The position numbers and the translations under genes are program-made. Of a stretch of 64,000 bases of DNA, positions 15,254 to 28,578 are shown in pieces (within the stretch, counting starts at the first letter, position 1; every line of letters starts with the position of its first letter). The notes under the pieces were generated by a model. That model was not told the DNA's origin and made no database searches. It saw only the letters and a list, made by a program, of their open reading frames with translations. Source of the DNA: Chrysomallon squamiferum (lineage: Eukaryota > Animalia > Mollusca). The DNA lies in assembly GCA_012295275.1 (NCBI GenBank), contig CM022671.1, positions 3,596,001 to 3,660,000 of the forward strand, in the 5' to 3' direction.

Positions 15254-16790
15254 TGAAGTGAGCAGTCACTTGCTCACCATGATCACACCCCCAACTCACT
15301 TGTGACCTGATTTAAGTGAGTGGTTGTGATCAGTTAAAACATAATGTCAGTTTCTGCTTAAATGCAACCTCAGTGAAGTGAGCAATCAACTGCTCACCAG
15401 TCATCAGTTCATGCTTAAATACATCATTGAAATGAGTAGTTGATTACTCACAAGTCATCAGTTTCTTCTTAAATACATGCATTGACGTGAGCAGTCAATT
15501 GCTCACCAGTCATAAGTTCATGCTTAAATACATCATTGAAATGAGTAGTTGATTACTCACAAGTCATCAGTTTCTCCTTAAATACATGTATTGAAGTGAG
15601 CAGTCAATTGCTCACCAGTCATAAGTTCATGCTTAAATACATCATTGAAATGAGTAGTTGATTACTCACAAGTATTCAGTTTCTTAAATACGTATTGAAG
15701 TGAGCAGTCAACTGCTCACCAGTCATAAGTTCATGCTTAAATACATCAGTGAAATCAGTAGTTGATTACTCACAAGTCATCAGTTTCTTCTTGAAGTGAG
15801 CAATCAATTGCTCACCTGTCATCAATGTCTGCTTCAGTGCAATCACAGTGAAGTGAGCAGTTATCTGCTCACCAGTCATAAGTTCATGCTTAAATACATC
15901 ATTGAAATGAGTAGTTGATTACTCACAAGTCATCAGTTTCTTCTTGAATACACGTATTGAAGTGAGCAGTCAATTGCTCACCAGTCATCAGTTCATGCTT
16001 AAATACATCATTGAAATGAGTAGTTGATTACTCACAAGTCATCAGTTTCTTCTTGAATACACATTAAAGTGAGCAGTCAATTGCTCACCAGTCATCAGTT
16101 CATGCTTAAATACATCATTGAAATGAGTAGTTGATTACTCACAAGTCATCAGTTTCTTCTTGAATACACATTGAAGTGAGCAGTCAATTGCTCACCAGTC
16201 ACCAGTTCATGCTTAAATACAACATTGAAATGAGTAGTTGATTACTCACAAGTATTCAGTTTCTTCTTAAATACACGTATTGAAGTGAGCAGTCAATTGC
16301 TCACCAGTCATAAGTTCATGCTTAAATACATCATTGAAATGAGTAGTTGATTACTCACAAGTCATCAGTTTCTTCTTGAATACACCAGTCAATTGCTCAC
16401 CAGTCATAAGTTCATGCTTAAATACAACATCAGTGGAATGAGTAGTTGATTACTCACAAGTCATCATTTTCTTCTTAAATACACATTGAAGTGAGCAGTC
16501 AATTGCTCACCTGTCATAAGTTCATGCTTAAATACAACATCAGTGGAATGAGTAGTTGATTACTCACAAGTCATCATTTTCTTCTTAAATACACATTGAA
16601 GTGAGCAGTCAATTGCTCACCTGTCATCAGTGTCTGCTTCAGTGCAATCACAGTGAAGTGAGCAGTTATCTGCTCACCAGTCACAAGTTTCCTCTTAAAT
16701 ACAACTACAATAAAGTGAACAATTACTCACTAATCATTTATTTGTGCTTAAATACAACCACGTTGAAGTGAGCAGTTGATTACTCACAAG
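15254..16790 (+). repeat. Tandem array of ~28-29 ~54-bp monomers arranged mostly as A/B dimers (~109 bp), each monomer carrying a palindromic core; probably in the cytospin-A 3' UTR
   Basis: A core GTGAGCA-gtcaat-TGCTCAC and B core TGAGTA-gttgat-TACTCA alternate, with spacers such as cagtcataagttcatgcttaaatacatcattgaa. Starts ~225 bp after the stop; first AATAAA is at 16709. Confidence 0.95.
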
Positions 16791-18206
16791 CTGTTTTATC
16801 TTGTGTATCATAGTTTCATCTGTTTCTTCTTCAGGCACAGATGCTAAAAAACTCAACCACACAATATTTACTGATGGCTTTTGTTCTGTTTTTATAAAGA
16901 AAATACTTCAGATATTCATATTTATTTATGTTCACCAGCTTTAACAGTTGAACTGTTCTGTGTCTGAATTGTTAGTAACTGTGTACTTTAACTCCTGATA
17001 AAAAGTCTTGCATTGCTTGCTGTTAGAATTATTGTTATATCATTGTATGCAAGTAAAATGAATATAAAAATGACATTAACTACAGAACGTCATTTTTCCT
17101 AAGTCAATTAAAGTTTCTGCTCCTTTTACATTTATTTTTAAAACCCTCACTCCAACCTTTTTTATTTTTAATAATTATATATTTTTTTGTTAAACTTTTT
17201 CCACCAATTTTTTAAAATTGTAACTTACAACTGCAGCTGTCTTTTTCTATCCATGACTGCCCATCTTTTGGTTTGTCATCTAACTTTAGAAATACAGGTA
17301 TTGAACCTTTTATCCAGCAAGCATGAAGTAGACTAGATTTCTTGATATAAAATACATTTTTAATTAAAATATTTTTAGGAAAAAAACAAGAGCTTGAAAA
17401 GTAAAGAATGAAACTGAATTTAACAGACACAAATTAAATTTTTATTTAAAATATTTAAAAAAAGACAGAAAACCTAATTCAAAAGTAGCCATTTTGATTA
17501 ATTGCCAGATTTCTGGAAGCTGGATAAATGATTTGTACCTGTATAATAAACCAACCCAATGACACTTTCATATATAACAGGAAAAATGAATATAAATATA
17601 TATTACCAAACAGCAATTCAAAATTTCAGTCACTAGAAAGGACAAATAACACTGATATACATTTCAACTTAAATGTACAGAAGGATACAGAATGGTGGCT
17701 AAATTTCAGTTATTAAAGGTAACAAAGTGGTGATGAAATTTCAGTTACTCAAGGTATAAAGTTGTGACTAAACTAGTCATCAGTTTAGTCAGGTATTTAT
17801 TGTAAAAATATTTAAGATAAGTTAAGACTTGAAAAGGAATAAGTTTCCAATTGTTGATTTTGTTTTATTATCCCCATATACTTGCCCAATTATTACAATC
17901 CCCATATACTTATTATTCATGATTTTTGTTTTTTAATATCTTTTTAACCACTTTTTAAACCATTTCTTATATACGTGTATATCTTTATCTGTTGACTTTT
18001 AAAAAAGAAGTATGTTTTTGCTCAATACCTTATTATTTGTTTTGCCAGTTTAATTTTTAACAGTATTTGTTTTGTACCAAATGACTGTGTTTGATATATA
18101 TTCATTTATCACTTTATACTCAAGCTTGTAAGTTTATTCTTATATGGCTTTAGTCTCCAGTGTGCATAAACATTAATAAACGATGTGTTACACCCCACAG
18201 AAGGAT

Positions 18207-18356
18207 TAGCCTCATTCTGAATGGGGCAGTGCCCATTAATGGAATATAAAACATCACTTCTTAGGACATCCTGATTTCGAATTTTCAAACTTGTTAATAA
18301 GAATAATATTTAAAAGAAGAATTTGGTGAATATATGCCCCATTTGGAATGAGACTA
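18207..18356. mobile_element. Small (~150 bp) inverted-repeat element, MITE-like
   Basis: TAGCCTCATTCTGAATGGGGCA (18207-18228) and TGCCCCATTTGGAATGAGACTA (18335-18356) are reverse complements with 3 mismatches over 22 bp; no coding capacity. Confidence 0.55.
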
Positions 18357-18674
18357 CTAAAAATTGTTACAAACTATACTATGATCTAGTATGATATAGT
18401 AAAATGCACACAAATGTAGTATATTTGTTTCAGTTAGCTTGGATAGTTTGTTATTTTACACACAATGCTATGAGCTTGAACATGAAATGAAAATTAGATG
18501 TAGAAGCATTATGGCTGTAGATTTAGGTACACAAATATGTGGATTTGTGTTTGTCAGATTTGTTTGTGATGGCTACTCAAGGGATCAAATAAAGGTAATT
18601 GTCATACATGTAGATAAATCAGTAAAATGTATTTTGAGCTGACTTTCCTAGGCCAGTATTTTGCATGTTTGATA

Positions 18675-18713
<39 letters not shown>

Positions 18714-19497
18714 CGTGCAAATTTACATAAGTGAAGTTTACCAAATTAAAGACATCAATTTTGACGAAGCACAAGTTTTGGGGTTACATAATTATTATTA
18801 TGTTATGATAATGACTTGATTTTGATCGAAATATTGAAAGTGTATGAATTTGTGTGAATTGTGTAAACAGCTCTTTTATCCAGTATCAATAAAATAAATA
18901 TATTTTTAATGATATATTTTAGAATAAGCATGTACAAACTGTAATAGATTCTTTGATGACTGTCATCAAATTATTTTTTTTTTTAAATATGAATAAATCT
19001 AAAATGATGCGAAGGAAGATATATTACATTCTGTAAGTTTTTAATTCTGTGAATCAATATCAGTGTAGTGATAGTAAACACATTGTTGTTGTTATTATTA
19101 TTATTATTATTGATACAGTGAAAAATATATTTTATTTTGTAATTCAAGTTCAATGGTGCTGTCTGTTTACACTGTACAGAATTATTCTTCCAAACTTGTT
19201 TTTCTTTTATTCATCTTTTTAATCAAGCATTTGTTAGTTTGAAGTGATGAATTTATTACATTGACTAGGTGTCTGAAACAGGCATCACTTTGTTGAATAT
19301 CATCAGAATTAATATTAATAATTAATGGGTGACAGAAACTTACATATTATGCCTGTATTAATATTATGGCTAAAAGGTATATGAAAAAATCAGTAATATT
19401 AAGGTCCATAGGTGACTTGAAAAGTATGACAGTAATATTGCATTTAATGGTAAACAACCTGCAGTTTAATATTGTTAATAACCAGTAATAATTATTG

Positions 19498-19660
19498 TTA
19501 ATGGGTGACTATAACTTAACTAATTTGGTTAAAGGGTGACTATCACTTATCTAATTTGATTAATGGGTGACTGTGACTTAACTATTTTGGTTATTGAGTG
19601 ACTATGACTTAACTGTTTTAGTTAAATGGTGACGATCACTTAACTTTATAGTTAAAGGGA
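19498..19660. repeat. Degenerate ~31-bp minisatellite (about 5 copies)
   Basis: Repeated ttaatgggtgactataacttaactaatttgg-like unit; a more degraded copy lies near 19323. Confidence 0.8.
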
Positions 19661-20452
19661 TTTAATTATCATAACTACCATGTATATACGAAGAGCTTTT
19701 GACAGTATTATTATTTTATCAGTGTATTTTTTAAATTATTACTTTAAGTACGATGTATTTTCCGTTTGTTTTGATTTTTTGGTGCGTACGTTTTAACTGT
19801 TCTCGAAGAGAAATAAAACTGAATAAAACTTTGATTTATGTTTCCTGTTTTGTTCGTTGTTTTTTTTTTTTTCATCTATTTTTTTTTTTTTTTTGTCATG
19901 TTTTCTGTTAAATACTAAAAAAATGTCATTATAAAAAAAAAAAAGTCGCTATTCTTCAGGTTATTGCAGAAATCAGTAATGTCCAAAAATATCTGTCTGT
20001 CTATCTATCTGTATGTATGTATGTGTGTAGGTATATATATATATATATATAATAGATTCTAGACACGCTTAAGTAACTGGTACTCGTGGGTTTTGTTTAC
20101 GCATATGTGGATACACCTACATATTAAAAGACATATCTTCTCCACGAATATACTACAAAGTCAGTAATATATCAGATTATCTGGTACCAAATGACACGTT
20201 AAATTGCCCGTTTCCCTCGCCGGAACGGGACAGTAAAAAAGAAAATACGTTATTGAACGGGTTTGATTTCTACCGCCTGACTGCGCATTACACTCGTCTT
20301 TACTTACACAGATAACAACCAGAGTCATTACTGGTCTGGACTGTGAATAGCTAGATAAACAGTCAACATGTTTACATTGAAGAATATGTACCCTTAGTCT
20401 TAAGTCGAGCAGAAAGATGATAATTGGCGGCGGATCAAGAATATCGTTCAGA

Positions 20453-20456
<4 letters not shown>

Positions 20457-20497
<41 letters not shown>

Positions 20498-20844
20498 ATG
20501 CATATCTGAGAAAGACTTGTCTGTTTTACACAATAGAGGGCAGCATATCAATAATAATAATAATAATAATAATAAATAATAATAATAAATACATTTTAAT
20601 TTTTGGTTTGTTAAATTCCACCCATCTATCCATCCATATATATATATATACGTACGTATATACATACACATAGATAAATATACACACATACATATCATAC
20701 ATGACTAATATTTTTTTTTAATTATTATTATTATGTATACATATACATGCATATATATGCATATATATATATATATATAATAATAAAAAACAAAAATGTG
20801 TTTTTCTGTATATATGTGTGTGTGTGTGTGTATGTATGTATGTG

Positions 20845-20876
<32 letters not shown>

Positions 20877-21020
20877 TATATATACGTATATACATACACA
20901 TTGATAAATATACATACATATATACATACACATGCACACTGACATACACACACACATTTATACAAACATGCATACGTACACAGTTCTTTTTGCATACGAT
21001 TCATATACAAATGTACGTTT
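20457..21020. repeat. Microsatellite cluster (GA)n, (AAT)n, (TA)n, (CA/TG)n
   Basis: Direct reading; generates several spurious ORFs. Confidence 0.9.
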
Positions 21021-21959
21021 CTTATCTATGAACAAAATAGAGTCGATACTATCGCAACACAGTCTTAACAAATACAAATGCATAACTACACACAAAACGT
21101 AAAACGTTTCCATTAGTATCATGTATTTATTTCGTAACAGAGAGATCGATCGGTAGACAGCATGATTACAATACTCGGGTTTATGGACAGGCATACGGAT
21201 GGATGAATTGTTTCATCAACCACTGAAAAACAATAAAATATTTCTTTGTATTTTCGACTGTTGTTTTGTCAAAAGGCTTTCAAAACATGTTAGTCATAAA
21301 CAGGAGTTAATGAAAAATGTCGAAGTTAAAAAGGCTCTCCTGGACATTTTAGTTATTATCAGGAGAAAATATCGTAATAATCCTCACTTGATTAACGTTA
21401 TTGTGTAGAGTTTTATTTCGTATATAAATTAACTGATAATTCTAAGACACAAAATGATATGAAGGATTTAGATCTTTTTTGAAGGAATTTTATGATTATA
21501 GCCATTCTGTGTAAAACATGATTAAAATATTATGTCGTTATTACTCAGGAATTGTTCACTGTATGAGTTACAATTATCCTGCTCACTGTAAAAGAAAACA
21601 CGTAATTGACAAGTAATTGTAAATATTTAGATATTGCTAGATTTACAGCGAAAATAAAACCGATCCTTGGCTGTGTTATAATTAAAATGATCTTCATAGA
21701 ACATTAGACACAGACATCAAAGTGATTTATGGGGTAGAAAAATAAACATTAAACTTATTAACTGGTAAACAGAGATACTTTAAAACTGTTTTAAAGAAAT
21801 GATTACGTAAAGATAAGCCAGCATTAAATATTATGCACAGGTAAGTTAACAGGTAGACCAACAATGCTACTGTCATGTTATCAGTAGCAAACACGAGTAA
21901 ATAAACACATTTAACTGATTTCGATAGTTCACGTGTAATTAACTAATCACTGTTCAAAC

Positions 21960-23150
21960 AAAAGGCACGTTTTTCAATATTCCAATACGATAATCAATAT
22001 TTCACAAGTAGATCAACATTTCACGAGAGAGTCAGTACTTAACAACATAACAATGAATAATTTACAATAAAACGTTAGTATTCCAAAACGACAATCAATA
22101 TTTCACTAGTCAGTCAGTATTTCATAAAACAGTCAATATTTAACAATAAGTCAACTGATAGTTTACAATAAATCGTCAGTATTCCGATACGATGATCTAT
22201 ATTTCACAAGTCAAACAGTATTTTGTAATGTCTATTCATTACTTAAAATTATCTCAGTCAATAATTCACAAAAAACCATCAACATTTCACAATATGTCAG
22301 TTAATAATTCACAATAATCATCAACATTTCACAATGTCAATACGTTATTCAGTATCATTATTTCGCAAAGTGCTAATCAATGTTTTCAGTAAATCATCAA
22401 TATTTCACAACACGCCAGTAAATTTGTATCAATAAATAATCAGTAATTCACAATAAAATCATAAATCAGTAAAATTTTCACACTGACACAGCAAATGAGT
22501 CCGCTCTCCACAAACAGTAAATCACTATTTCACAACAGAGTAATCAATATTTCACAGTAAAAAAGATCGATACGTTGTTTCAGTCAGTGTTTTAGTGAGC
22601 TACGTCAGTATTTCACAGTAAGTCAATCAGTATATTTCATAATACGTCGCTGAGCGTATGTCATATATAAAATCAAATATTTCTTCATAAGTGAGGATAT
22701 TTTTCCGAATTAATTAGTCATTATTTCAGAGTAACCCAAAGGTTCACAATAAATAAGTCAAAATGCATTATTATCTTGAAAATAAGCCAGCCACAATTAA
22801 GTCAGTCACTATTTCAGAACAAAACATCAGCGTCAAATTAGTCACCTTTCACAAAACGTCAGATACGTTTTTCACAATAAATCAACACTTCACAATCAAT
22901 AAACGAATAATATTTCACAAATCGTAAATCAGTCGCTTTTTAATAATTATTAAAACAAAAACAAAAAAACTTTTTTCAAAGGAAAACAGTAGTAGTCTAG
23001 TCATTATTCCACAAAAAGTCAATTTCTTATATTCAAGGTTATATAGTTAATCACAGTTTCACAGTAAGTCACTGTTTCAGAATGAATAAATTTTTCACGT
23101 TATGTCAATACTTTAGAGTTACTTTTTCGCATTTTGTCAATATTTTGCGG
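21960..23150. repeat. Highly degenerate short tandem repeat region (core cagtcaatatttcacaa)
   Basis: Dozens of imperfect copies of tcaatatttcac/cagtatttcac at ~20-25 bp spacing. Confidence 0.7.
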
Positions 23151-23871
23151 TCAGTCCCCCAGTTCAGACTAAGCGTGTATACTCCTTAACCCATTGATAT
23201 TTTAAAAGATCGTGATACTGCTCCATTCATAGGAATGACAATAATTATAATGAATTTATTTTGTGTGTGAAATGAAATAAAGCGGTCAGAAATATTCTGC
23301 CATCTTTTGTTACATTTCATTGCGATGGTTTTCATTAACAATATTAAACTCAAGCAACGCTTCGGCCTAGTTCTGCCATCATAACAAATCCTAAGCCAAT
23401 ATTTAATCAGTTGGTATCCGCCGACATAAAAGTACAACAAAATTCACTTTGTAGACAATGCGGCCTGTGTACGATCAGACACACATCCGCTGCTTTTTAA
23501 TGGACACGTTTCCATGAAGGAAAAACAACGAACCTTACGTAGCATCGTATCAAGGGAGAGTCTTAGGAAGGGTGGATTCGAATTTCAGAAAAGGGAGGTC
23601 GGAGGGGGACAACATTTTTAAAATATTTATTAGTGTTAATATTATTAATTTATTTTCCGTAATGTTTTAAATATGAAATGAGTGTGTAGTGAATGTATGT
23701 ATGTATAATTGTTTGTATAATTGTGTATGGCTGACACACAAACGCGAACTAATATACTTACATGTGTGTACACAAACTGACATACCTATCAATATATATA
23801 TATATATATGTATATGTAGATATGCCAATTTGTGTGTGTCCATGTCTGACATGCAGATACACACAAACATT

Positions 23872-23887
23872 CACACACACACACACA

Positions 23888-23955
<68 letters not shown>

Positions 23956-23974
23956 TGCACACATACACACACAC
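23872..23974. repeat. (CA)n microsatellite
   Basis: Direct reading. Confidence 0.95.
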
Positions 23975-24403
23975 TAAACTGGTTTTTGAGTCGATGTAAA
24001 GACACTTAAACAAAACATTTTAAAGTAATTCTTTGTCCTTGGGGAATGCTGAGACCGCACCTGTTATTGATTCATTTTCCTCCAAAATTTAATCTTAATG
24101 CTGAAACACACTTCTCTCAGAACATGCCAAATTCCACCCCATGTTAGATATAGTTACTGGTCCAGTTAATAATATGCTTTATCAAGAACTTTACGTCTTT
24201 ATATTTCACCTGTATTAGTATGGACCTATCCAACCAATTGAATCGATTGCCGGTAAAGAATGGAAAAGTTATTGTCAGAATACAGTTAATTCCTGATCAT
24301 TCTGAATCGAGTTTTAAATACGTGGGAAGACGTCTAGAATGATAAATACTGTATTTAATATAATATTAACAAAAGTGAAGTTTTGTATCCACGAGGAGTT
24401 AAA

Positions 24404-25700
24404 ATGAAAATCAAATGGTTCATTATAGTGTGTTGTCTAACTGTTTTGTTCGGATTATACACATGTGGCAGTGAAGAAAAAGGTAAGAATTAATTGTCTT
24501 CGTAACATTAGTAATGGAAAAAAATATTTGTTGGACAATATATATATATATAAATATTTTTTTTTTTCAACCTATCCACATTTTTAAAATTTAATTTAAT
24601 TAAATAATAATAATAATAATAATAATTTAAAAACAATTATTAAAAGCATCGTATTTTTATTAAGAATTAAAATTATAAAAAGATCGGTTATTTTTCAAAT
24701 TAATGTTTTGTTGTTGTTGCAATTTCGTAGAGTCCGAACATTGCAAGTGTCATTTCTAAATAATAACTAATAATTAATATAAATAAATATGATCTATATG
24801 ACAACTGTGGAAATGAATAAATATATAGAGAAATAAAATCTTTTAGAAACATCTAAGATTTCATTTCCAAAAGTTTCTTAAATATAAGAGAGGCATAAAG
24901 AAGAAAAAAGTCATTTCCATCTGTTTGAACGAAATGCAGGTGATTCGTAACAATAAATGAATGTTTTGTCTTTAAATCAGAATTCATACAATAATTTTTA
25001 GTATTGAAATAAATCTACAACATTATTCTACTACTACTGCAACTGCTACTGCTGCTACTACTACTAGTAGTACTACTTCTGCTGCTGCTGCTACTACTAC
25101 TGCTGCTACCACTGCTGCTACTACTACTGCTACTACTACTACTACTACTACCACTGATTGTTAGATATGAGCCATGTTTGTGCAACATTTTTTAGCTCTT
25201 AATAAGAGAAGCACATATCACTGTCTATTGGGAAGTGACTGGAACGGGAAATAACCAAATAAGAGCACCAAAGATAAAAAATATATAAATAATGTCCATT
25301 TAAGTAAAAAAAAAGTTTTAAAAAAAAAAAAGAAGAAAAATCTAATTACATATAAATACAATCACTGAACTTTTAGAAATCAGTGATTCTCTGTTATGAA
25401 AATGTGGTATGTTTGGTAACTGTAATCGCTTATAGGCGTGGATCATCAGTCAGAAGGAAAGAAACACACAGAGAATGAATGGCAGGCATATAAATATTTA
25501 AAAAAAAAGCGATGCAAAAATATGTATAATACTGTATTATATTGCATAATATACTACAATAGAAAAGAATATATGTAGGGAATATCTGTTTCAGTCTTAA
25601 GATATCTTTTTATCCTGAGAAGGAAAGAATGCTAAATGCAGCGAGGCTCTGCCGTAATTTTTATCCGGACTAAAATAGTGTCCAGACTACCTGTGTTTGG

Positions 25701-25779
<79 letters not shown>

Positions 25780-28143
25780 CTTCTTGTTTAATATATTTCT
25801 GGAGATATAACCTTTTGGAGACATTATTCAACAACTTTTCACATACAAATAAAATAAAAAAAATATATAATAATAAACATTTTAGAATAAAAAAAAAATG
25901 CAGTTCAGTGCATATACACTGTAAGGTAATATTATCATATTATAAACATAAAAACCCAAATCCCCCTAAAGAACCATAACAATACCAGGACATTTAATAT
26001 AACACATTACTATTTATAAACTAAGAATATGTATTAATTGTTATTTTTATACCAAGTAACCTTCCTAAAAGGAAACAATTACATATTTATTTTTACCTTA
26101 GTTATGATAAATATCAAAATAAATTACATTTGTGCTCTATTAACGAATATCAGTGAACGCAAATCGATGAAATTTCGATCGTTTTATGCGATTGTACATC
26201 TTAATTTCATTCTGCATAAACTGCACCGTGCAAGTCGGTCTCAGTGCTGCATGTAATCAAGAAATTAACGCAGAAGTCTATTATCGAAATTCTCCATTTC
26301 GTTAACTTCATGGTAACTGACGTGTTTTCATTACAAGCGTATTGTCGTTGAATATTTAAATCACTGAGATTTCGACATGGATAGTGTTGGAAACACTCAT
26401 TACCTAAACTCGAGACAATTTAACGGATTCGATCAATAAAGCATTTCAAACATTTTATTAAACTAAATCAGCCAGTCAGCAGTATGAAAAAATATATTAG
26501 TTTAACGACTGCAGTCATTCAAACACATTAAACATTCTAATGCTTGTACTGTGGAGGGCAGGCCAGACAGGCTTTTGGGCAATGCCCGGAGGACCAATGC
26601 AATTTTTAATATTTTCTCAGACAAGCAACATATTAAAAAACAATGGACAGATCTGATGGACCAGTCATTGTGTACATTAATTACGTCAGTTTTGGGTATA
26701 TAATACAATAGCCATGGTGCCTTGGACAAAAAAGTATTTATTAAACACGTATATTTTGTAAAGAACTGTGAAGGTATATTTTAGGCACATCACTTTTTGT
26801 CATAAAATAAAATAGCTTTGTAACCTCTGAAATAAGGATTAACAACATTTTTATTATTATATGATAAAAGGGTTGTAATAATAAAAAAAATCTAATATAA
26901 TCCATTGATATTTACAATAATATGTGTAGACAAATTAGATCTATAATATTGTATACATAAAACGTATTTTGCACATTACAGTATGGAATCCGTGGAAATC
27001 GTGGGGGTCATGCAGTGTCACCTGTGGGGAAGGGATACGACAGAGAACACGAACGTGTAAGACAGGTGAAACGTGTGAAGGTGAATCTCTAGAAGAGAAG
27101 AAATGCAAAGAAAAAGATTGTAAAGGTAGCATTAATTTTTAATATTCTTTGTTTAATAAAAAAATACTTACTCTCTGTAAATTTAGATACTACTACTTCT
27201 TCTACCACTACCACTTCTACTACATCTAATGCCACTGTTACTGGTACTACTATTGTTATTACTAGTATTACAACTACTACTGCAACTACTATTACTCAAC
27301 TACTATTACTTCTATTACTATCAGTACAACTATTTCGATTACTATAACAACTACTACTACTACTGTGACGCTTTTACTTCTATACTTATTCTACCATTAC
27401 TATTACTGCTTCTGCAGCTGTTATTCAATCGCTACCAATGTAATACAACAACAACTACTACTACTCAAATTAATACTAAATTACTTTACTCTTTTTTCTA
27501 CTGTTAGTATTTCTATTACTTTTACCACTTCTACTAGACACCGCTACTATGTCCCGCATCAAATCATTTCAGAAATTATTCATGCTCTCTAACATAATTA
27601 TATTTTCCTCTTTTTATTAGTCTATTTTCAAATGATAACATGATAGGAAACCCACAGCAGCCACTCCTGTACCTACTTTTATTAAATAGCAGCAAGATAT
27701 CTTTTACTACCCTTCATCACTGCATGCTTATTGTCCATGACAGATTATTTTACGAATAGCTTTATTTGCTTGTACGAGCGTCTAGAGATCAGAACTGCAA
27801 ATACTATTTTCCTTTCTCTAATTTGTTTTTGTTCTTTTTTTCAATTTACTCCAAATAAGTTTTGTCTCCGCCAGGTTTTGCATCAGGAAAAAAAAAAAAA
27901 AAAAAAAAACCTGAAAAGCCTCTGCATATTATTTTAATAAATTAATGTTCGTATAAACTTTTATTTTGTGGTGTTTTTTTTTTAGATTGGAATTCATGGG
28001 GACAGTGGGGATCGTGTAGTGTAACTTGTGGAGAAGGAACAAAAGTGAGAAAAAGAACATGTAAAAATGGACAAAGCTGTAAAGGTGATTCTATAGAAGA
28101 GAAGAAATGTAAAGAAGAAAATTGTCCAGGTAATTTTACTTAG

Positions 28144-28221
<78 letters not shown>

Positions 28222-28528
28222 TGTTTAATATGTTTTTAGATGTACAATCTTTTGAAGAAATTCAAAAATTTATTATGCACAGATAGTAACAAGATAATAT
28301 TAATAAAAGAATAAAGTAAAACACTATTGTGTAGCAGGAAAGAAAACATGTATATATATGTATGTATGTAATACGTATATATTTATATATGCTTGTGTAT
28401 GTATGCATACATGTATATTTCTGTGTGTATGTCAATGTATATAAGTATACATATTAGTCATCATCATTATCATCATCTCAACATCATCATCATCATCATC
28501 ATCATCATCGTTTTATTATTATTATTAC

Positions 28529-28578
<50 letters not shown>

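Noticed and set aside
15254-16790. CRISPR-like look (palindromic repeats at regular spacing); also resemblance to lac operator half-sites and to the IRE CAGUG loop
   Set aside because: Spacers are repeated rather than unique, there are no cas genes and the context is eukaryotic. The half-site spacing differs from lacO, and the loop is CAGUC without the IRE C-bulge.
20205-20240. GC-rich stem-loop followed by an A run, resembling a bacterial terminator or small RNA
   Set aside because: Isolated, eukaryotic context, and no recognisable RNA-gene features.
20435-24013. Many 70-106 aa ORFs rich in CV/YI/HT
   Set aside because: Translations of (CA)n, (TA)n and (GA)n microsatellites.
25371-25500. 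Possible extra small exon(s) of the TSP1 gene in intron 1
   Set aside because: One candidate has an in-frame stop in phase 1 and the other lacks a canonical phase-1 donor.
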